DNA of 64,000 nucleotides. Origin: Patescibacteria group bacterium (GTDB lineage Bacteria; Patescibacteriota; Microgenomatia; UBA1406). The position numbers and the translations under genes are program-made. Positions 59,258 through 64,000 of this stretch are shown here, one piece after another (position 1 is the stretch's first letter; the number at the start of each line of letters is the position of its first letter). The stretch covers positions 133,177 to 197,176 of the forward strand of contig JBAYJK010000003.1 of assembly GCA_041665145.1 (NCBI GenBank), written 5' to 3'. The notes under the pieces were generated by a model, which had not been told where the DNA came from, made no database searches, and saw only the letters and a program-made list of their open reading frames with translations.

Positions 59258-60481
59258 TTATTTTTTGTGTGTTTTTGGTGCCCTACATACCAGAACTACG
59301 TTCCAGCACAACGGTCCGAGAATCGGAAACAGCCCCAGTAATATCTTATCTGCAAACTCCAGAGGCATATAAAGCGGCTTCCATGAATTCCCTTCCTCAA
59401 CAACTTTTTTCCACAACCGTGTTTTATTTGGATCCCTCCGCATAACTACAACCATCAAGCAAAAAATCACGAGCGTTGTCAGCCAAAACCATTTCACAGT
59501 AACATTTTTGAAATAGCTGTGAAAAACATCGATATCTGCTAAACGGATCGGACGCTCATCCTTTGAACGGACGCTTGTAGCAATTCTCCGGTATAAATTT
59601 ATAACCGGGTTGTAATCAACCGGTTCCCAACACACCAAAGTTCCGTCTTTCTTCAGGTGCGGTAGCAATTGATCTAGAGCCTGGGGAATATTTATATGAT
59701 GAAAAACATTGCCTGCATAAATAACATCAAATTTTTGTGATTTTTTAAGATTGAGGTACTCAATAGCCCCCTGAACCGTACTGACTTTTGTTTTATAGTT
59801 TTTAGCTATGCGTTGTGTTGTTTTCAACATCTCTTTGGAGAGGTCAAGGGCGGTCACATGAGCGCCTTTTAAGGCAAAATATACACTTGCTTCTCCGAGT
59901 CCCGAACCGATATCAAGAAGCGTCTTGCCTTTAATATTACCGAGAACTTGTGTTATATACCGCATTTCGGGTGCCGTGCACGCTTCGTTGGTACGGATGA
60001 CATCTATTTTTTTCGGGTCCGTGTTTTTAGCCCACGCATCAAACAACCGTTCTTCATCCGCAAAATGTTCTAGCAGCCGCTCATCAAGTTTTTTTGGAAT
60101 AGAAGACAGTTTGGAAACCGAGAGACCAGCTTTTTTGCTTATTTTAATAACAACTGTCAAGAACCAATCTCTATTATCCGACTGGATTTTATCCTCGTGG
60201 AATTGGAGATGCTTTTTCTTTTGTATTTTGACCGCATCCGGCGTATCACCTCGGAAATACCATATGAGTTTACGTGTGGAAATATACTCCACTCCCTTTC
60301 TGGGGTGTGTCCACGACACGGTCACGCTTTCGGAGCCGGAATATTTAAATTCAAGAGAACGTATAAAGTCACTCCATGCATCATAAGATGACGGGTCTAG
60401 AGCCCGCTCCTTTTCTGCAATAATACGAGCACTTAATAAAAATTGATGCCTGAAGCTTTCAAATTGGGGTTGTTTGGGCAT
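59258..60481 (-). CDS. Class I SAM-dependent methyltransferase with unknown N-terminal domain and C-terminal TM helices
   Basis: Motif I LLDIGSGLGEASVYFA, post-I VTALDLS and motif IV-like DVIYAGNVFHHI. C-terminal hydrophobic segments (FWLTTLVIFCLMVVVM, LLGLFPILGPLCWNVVLVC). Confidence 0.8.
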   Translation of the reverse strand: MPKQPQFESFRHQFLLSARIIAEKERALDPSSYDAWSDFIRSLEFKYSGSESVTVSWTHPRKGVEYISTRKLIWYFRGDTPDAVKIQKKKHLQFHEDKIQSDNRDWFLTVVIKISKKAGLSVSKLSSIPKKLDERLLEHFADEERLFDAWAKNTDPKKIDVIRTNEACTAPEMRYITQVLGNIKGKTLLDIGSGLGEASVYFALKGAHVTALDLSKEMLKTTQRIAKNYKTKVSTVQGAIEYLNLKKSQKFDVIYAGNVFHHINIPQALDQLLPHLKKDGTLVCWEPVDYNPVINLYRRIATSVRSKDERPIRLADIDVFHSYFKNVTVKWFWLTTLVIFCLMVVVMRRDPNKTRLWKKVVEEGNSWKPLYMPLEFADKILLGLFPILGPLCWNVVLVCRAPKTHKK

Positions 60482-60482
60482 G

Positions 60483-61631
60483 TTAGTGTTTCTTTTTTGA
60501 TAACTTTTCTACGGTTGCCAGCATATTTTCATATGTTAACGGCCAGGGTTTTTTTGGTGCTTCGGTTATAAAGGTTTTAATTCTCTGGACGGTGGCATCC
60601 AAAAAACGCATGGAAATAGTCATCTCAGGGTAACTCCCATACATACATCCGGAACATGCGCTCGTTATTGCAAACACTTCCTTCCTGAATACGTGATCCC
60701 TATATACCTGCGGAAAGTCTGAAGAGTAGGTGTAGTATGCACTCGGCATTCTCCAATCACAGCACGGTGAAAACGAACCGTTCGGCAGAATAGCAAAATA
60801 CAGATTAGGGCTGTCACAAACATTATTATTTTTGCTTCTCCATGACGTTGACTCGTTACGGACAAAACGCTTGATATCATCCAGATATTGATCACTGTCA
60901 TAAAGAAGATACCCTTCCGTACGCATTGATCTTACCCGCTCGACAACTTTGTCCACACCTTTGTATTCCTCTGGCTTAAAACGCAGAGAGGTGTCGTATG
61001 AGCGGAAGCCGAGAGGATGAAAATTGGTTGAGACATGAATGGGCACAAGAGAAGTAAACCATCCGATTGCCGTACCGAATTTGATTACGTCTTCTATGTC
61101 GTACAAATTCTTACGCTGCAAAACACAACCGAGAGACGCAAAGCTTTTTTCCTTCGGTAAGTATTTCGTAAAGTGCGCCATTGCTTTTAATGCCCGGTGC
61201 CACGATTGTGGGAATCCTCCATTAATCGCATCTTGGGTAAGCGGATTTATGGAATCGAGAGAAATAGATATGTCACGTCCCCCATATTCGACCACCTTAT
61301 GAATGGCTTCTTCGGAGGCAAGACCGTTGGTTTGCATTCGGACATGAACACCTCGGGACTCGAATTCACGTATAATTTCGGGCAGATCAGTACGCGTAAA
61401 CGGTTCCCCTCCTGTCAAGAGTACCATCGCCACATTCATTTTTGCGAAGTTTTCCGCTATACGTTTTATCTCGTCCAGCGTACATTCCCGCATATCCGCA
61501 TTGGCATACCGGATGTTGCATTGCACACAGGTAAGATTGCATCGGGCGGTAATATAGAACTGCACATACACAGGACTGTTCTTTGTAAGTACACCCTTGG
61601 TCAGTGATTGTGTGGATTTAATTGAAAACAT
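60483..61631 (-). CDS. Radical SAM enzyme with SPASM/twitch-like Cys-rich C-terminus
   Basis: CNLTCVQC is CxxxCxxC, followed by LLTGGEPF. C-terminal CDSPNLYFAILPNGSFSPCC and CSGCMYG. Stops 1 nt before the MT gene start. Confidence 0.85.
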   Translation of the reverse strand: MFSIKSTQSLTKGVLTKNSPVYVQFYITARCNLTCVQCNIRYANADMRECTLDEIKRIAENFAKMNVAMVLLTGGEPFTRTDLPEIIREFESRGVHVRMQTNGLASEEAIHKVVEYGGRDISISLDSINPLTQDAINGGFPQSWHRALKAMAHFTKYLPKEKSFASLGCVLQRKNLYDIEDVIKFGTAIGWFTSLVPIHVSTNFHPLGFRSYDTSLRFKPEEYKGVDKVVERVRSMRTEGYLLYDSDQYLDDIKRFVRNESTSWRSKNNNVCDSPNLYFAILPNGSFSPCCDWRMPSAYYTYSSDFPQVYRDHVFRKEVFAITSACSGCMYGSYPEMTISMRFLDATVQRIKTFITEAPKKPWPLTYENMLATVEKLSKKKH

Positions 61632-61635
61632 ACTT

Positions 61636-63360
61636 TCAGTTATTTATACGATGGTAGATATTGTATCCTTTTATTTGTTTTTTTAGAAAGTAGTGATTCT
61701 TTAAAGCCGACACAATCGCGTCAACGTCCATGTACCCTTTTTCCGTCGTGTGTAAATAGTCGGTTTTCACGATAACCCATTTGACGTTGTGCGTCTCGAT
61801 TTCTGCGCTGTAATCGAGTGGCGAGTATGGAAAAGTCTGTTCAGCGTACTGCGTATATGCTAGCGGAGGAATTCTCCCGGTTACAAAATAAAAGGGATCT
61901 ATTCCGGGAAGAGCTACCACAGAATCTTTAAGCGGGATATTCTTTTTCACATACCTTAACATAGCAGCGACATCCGCTTCCCATGTCTCCGGAACAACCC
62001 CCGGATAGCTTGTAACACGAACCGAACGAGCTGTTATCGATTGTTTACTAACCACTCCTAAAGGCACCCCTATAAGCAAGAGATGGCTTTCGATAAGCGA
62101 GAAACACAACGCGATTGCCGTACCGCCAGCTATCGATCCCACCACTTTTCCCCACGCAAAACTCGGAAAGAACTTGCATAACCGGTTATATAAAAGTATG
62201 AGCAATACTGCAAAAAGAGGATACGAATACATGGTAGCGGCTTCAATGGGGTGCAACATAAACGGTGATAAAGAAAAAACAATAACACACCATGAAAACA
62301 CAAACATAAACCAATCAGTTTTTGATTCGATTTTTTTGGTACTCAAACTAAAAAGTAAAAGGAAGACGAGACCGAAAATCACCACATACCACACTGACGT
62401 AGAAAACATATACACAAAACCAGGTATAAAAGACATGTCCGTGGAAATTCCTCTGTTGCGTACGAACAGAAATGAAGCATACACAATCGGTGAGATGACC
62501 GCTCCATAGATTGCCAATAAAAAAATCTTTGTATTAGTAGCTTTTTTAACCAATATCAGTAATGATATTACTAAAAATGGGAAATAATAAAATAAGCTTC
62601 TTGGTCTAAAAACATCCGCAAATGTCGCAAAGAAAACAGATCCGGGGCGCCGTACTGTTATGGGAAATGTGAGCGTCTGATACACAAATTCTCGCAAAGA
62701 ATTCGTTAAAAGCAGGTTTCCCAAAAATACAAAGAGGATAGTGAGCATTCCGCCCATTAACAATAAAAGTCGTTTTACTTTGCCTTCTGTTTCAAAAAAA
62801 TAAATGTTAAATCCTCCTAAAAAGAACATAAGTACCGTGTATATAAGCCCGGTATTTTGCTTGAATAATATGGTAACTGCTGACAATATTCCGATAAAAA
62901 AATAGTTTTTACTCCCCGCGCTTTTACCCATTGTTTTCAACAATATATATATTCCGAAAAGAGATACGAGCATCATGTTAACGTCATATGAGGGAAACGG
63001 GTATCGGGCATGCCCGGAAAAAACCAACGGTAATAGTACAAGAAGATTAACCAACCTGTTTTTACCGACAAGGCTAAGAACCTTATATGTAATTACTACG
63101 GTAAGAAATGAAACAGACATCGAGTAGAAAACTTGATAGATATACACTGAACCGAAAACTTTCATAATTAAAGCCGAAATATAGTACGTTCCCGGTGTAA
63201 GTACCAACACAAAATCTTTGTAGGGAATCTGTCCGATAAATATCCGGTAAGAATTTTCGATAAAGTATGCAAAGTCTCCGTACAATGTAGTTCTCCCGCT
63301 CTGCCAAAATGTGACAAGTGCTGAGATTATCCCTATGGCATAAACCATGAAATTTATCAT
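61636..63360 (-). CDS. GT-C fold membrane glycosyltransferase (ArnT/PMT family 39-like)
   Basis: 574 aa, more than 12 TM, first-loop motif YGDFAYFIENSYRIFIGQIPYKDF and a soluble C-terminal domain. First gene of the operon with the rSAM and MT genes. Confidence 0.7.
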   Translation of the reverse strand: MINFMVYAIGIISALVTFWQSGRTTLYGDFAYFIENSYRIFIGQIPYKDFVLVLTPGTYYISALIMKVFGSVYIYQVFYSMSVSFLTVVITYKVLSLVGKNRLVNLLVLLPLVFSGHARYPFPSYDVNMMLVSLFGIYILLKTMGKSAGSKNYFFIGILSAVTILFKQNTGLIYTVLMFFLGGFNIYFFETEGKVKRLLLLMGGMLTILFVFLGNLLLTNSLREFVYQTLTFPITVRRPGSVFFATFADVFRPRSLFYYFPFLVISLLILVKKATNTKIFLLAIYGAVISPIVYASFLFVRNRGISTDMSFIPGFVYMFSTSVWYVVIFGLVFLLLFSLSTKKIESKTDWFMFVFSWCVIVFSLSPFMLHPIEAATMYSYPLFAVLLILLYNRLCKFFPSFAWGKVVGSIAGGTAIALCFSLIESHLLLIGVPLGVVSKQSITARSVRVTSYPGVVPETWEADVAAMLRYVKKNIPLKDSVVALPGIDPFYFVTGRIPPLAYTQYAEQTFPYSPLDYSAEIETHNVKWVIVKTDYLHTTEKGYMDVDAIVSALKNHYFLKKQIKGYNIYHRINN

Positions 63361-63369
63361 ATCAGTGAC

Positions 63370-63378
63370 ATTCTATCA
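63370..63378 (-). promoter_or_regulatory. Extended -10 box TGATAGAAT, 9 nt upstream of ATG 63360
   Basis: Minus strand reads TGATAGAAT-gtcactgat-ATG. Confidence 0.45.
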
Positions 63379-63503
63379 TTCATACATTTTTGGCGTATGG
63401 CTACTCAAGGAAAAATGGGAAAAGGTGTATCCCAGCAGCTGATGTGACGCAACAATAGTTTCAGATTGTGATCTACGTCATTGAAATTCTAATTAGAGTT
63501 CGT

Positions 63504-63509
63504 TAGAAT
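63504..63509 (+). promoter_or_regulatory. -10 box TAGAAT, 6 nt upstream of the first sense codon (ATA 63516) of the last ORF
   Basis: TAGAAT-tcgtaa-ATA. Same geometry as the other leaderless sites, but with ATA instead of ATG. Confidence 0.35.
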
Positions 63510-63515
63510 TCGTAA

Positions 63516-64000
63516 ATAAAATATTTTAAAATAAGTTCCCTTCTAAGAACTCTTCCTTTTTTTGCATTATTTGTTCTAACATATTTCGTAGTTACTCCCC
63601 AATATCATCTCGGTGACAGTAATCAGGTCGAACAATTGCCATTTATTCTTTCCCGAATTGATTCCACATATCTGGTACGAGATTTTTACGTTGTCTACAC
63701 TCGGGAAATCGGGCCACGGTTCTATCACGCGTTTTTATTATCCTCAATAATAAGGGTTCTCCCCATGGAGTATGCTTTTTATCTGCTTACATTCATTTTT
63801 CACTTTTTTATTTATGCAGTTGTATTTCGTTTAGCCGGATTATTCACGAAAAATATGCCCATTAAGTTATTTGCAGTACTCCTGCTTGCTCGCTCACAGT
63901 TCAGGAATCTCGGCGACGCAGGGAACATAAACGACAATTACATAACGCCTCAGTTGCTGGCAATGCCATTTGCATTGAGTGGTATTTATTTTGCTGCGAA
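63516..64000 (+). CDS. Polytopic membrane protein, GT-C/DUF2723-like N-terminus, partial (runs off the window); start codon unresolved
   Basis: Open frame from the stop at 63513-63515 to the window end: IKYFKISSLLRTLPFFALFVLTYFVVTPQYHLGDSNQVEQLPFILSRID... The first TTG is at 63636 and the first ATG at 63765, both downstream of TM1. Confidence 0.55.
   Translation, partial: MKYFKISSLLRTLPFFALFVLTYFVVTPQYHLGDSNQVEQLPFILSRIDSTYLVRDFYVVYTREIGPRFYHAFLLSSIIRVLPMEYAFYLLTFIFHFFIYAVVFRLAGLFTKNMPIKLFAVLLLARSQFRNLGDAGNINDNYITPQLLAMPFALSGIYFAA

Noticed and set aside
1-64000. Scan for CRISPR arrays, rRNA, IS/transposase, integrase, reverse transcriptase (DGR/retron) and recognisable phage-defence systems (for example restriction-modification, toxin-antitoxin).
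   Set aside because: I found no repeat-spacer arrays and no ORF with the corresponding catalytic motifs (DDE, YxDD, tyrosine recombinase R..HxxR..Y). The only mobile-element-like signals are the GIY-YIG/tRNA cassettes reported above. This was a scan by eye without HMM tools, so divergent members could be missed.

Overview
Compact, almost fully coding bacterial chromosome segment using the standard code (TGA is a stop, e.g. nusB at 26806-26808). I found no rRNA, CRISPR array, transposase, integrase or reverse transcriptase. The gene content suggests a Patescibacteria/CPR-type genome, but this is inference only: short EF-Ts, K/E-rich tails on S2 and L1, five large GT-C-like membrane proteins, double-module GH130 genes, a large type IV pilus cluster and YhbQ-like GIY-YIG mini-ORFs. 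Contents in order: an accessory block (EEP nuclease C-terminus, MazG-like, two unknowns), TspO, a MacAB/HlyD-type ABC export operon, two tandem GH130 genes, rpsB-tsf, galU and two GT-C membrane proteins. Then come glyA, an NDT-like/Tmk fusion, secE-nusG-rplK-rplA, PBP1A, recG, rpmF, nusB, rnc and rpsP. A 13.6-kb type IV pilus cluster follows (pilO/N/M, eight pilin-like genes, pilD, a DUF2723-type GT-C, pilA, and divergent pilB-pilT-pilC), then a 1274-aa surface protein. Next is a tRNA-rich accessory stretch with tRNA-Lys(CTT), Arg(TCG), Arg(TCT), His(GTG), tgt and an MFS transporter. The window ends with a SAM riboswitch-metK, alr, an EamA transporter and a GT-C / radical-SAM-SPASM / methyltransferase operon. 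The most unusual observations are these. (1) Two GIY-YIG mini-ORFs sit exactly in the 5' leaders of intact tRNA genes, next to displaced tRNA fragments; the Lys cassette is bracketed by a perfect 33-bp direct repeat that splits a tRNA-shaped pseudogene whose anticodon and T arms are replaced by a family of GC-rich triloop hairpins. (2) A -10 box (mostly extended, TGnTAnnnT) lies 6-10 nt upstream of start codons at 15 sites, implying leaderless mRNAs, and one gene appears to start at ATA. (3) A DUF2723/TMEM260-like GT-C lies between pilA and pilD, a candidate pilin glycosyltransferase. (4) An uncharacterised GT-C/rSAM/MT operon. All coordinates were derived by hand and no database searches were run.
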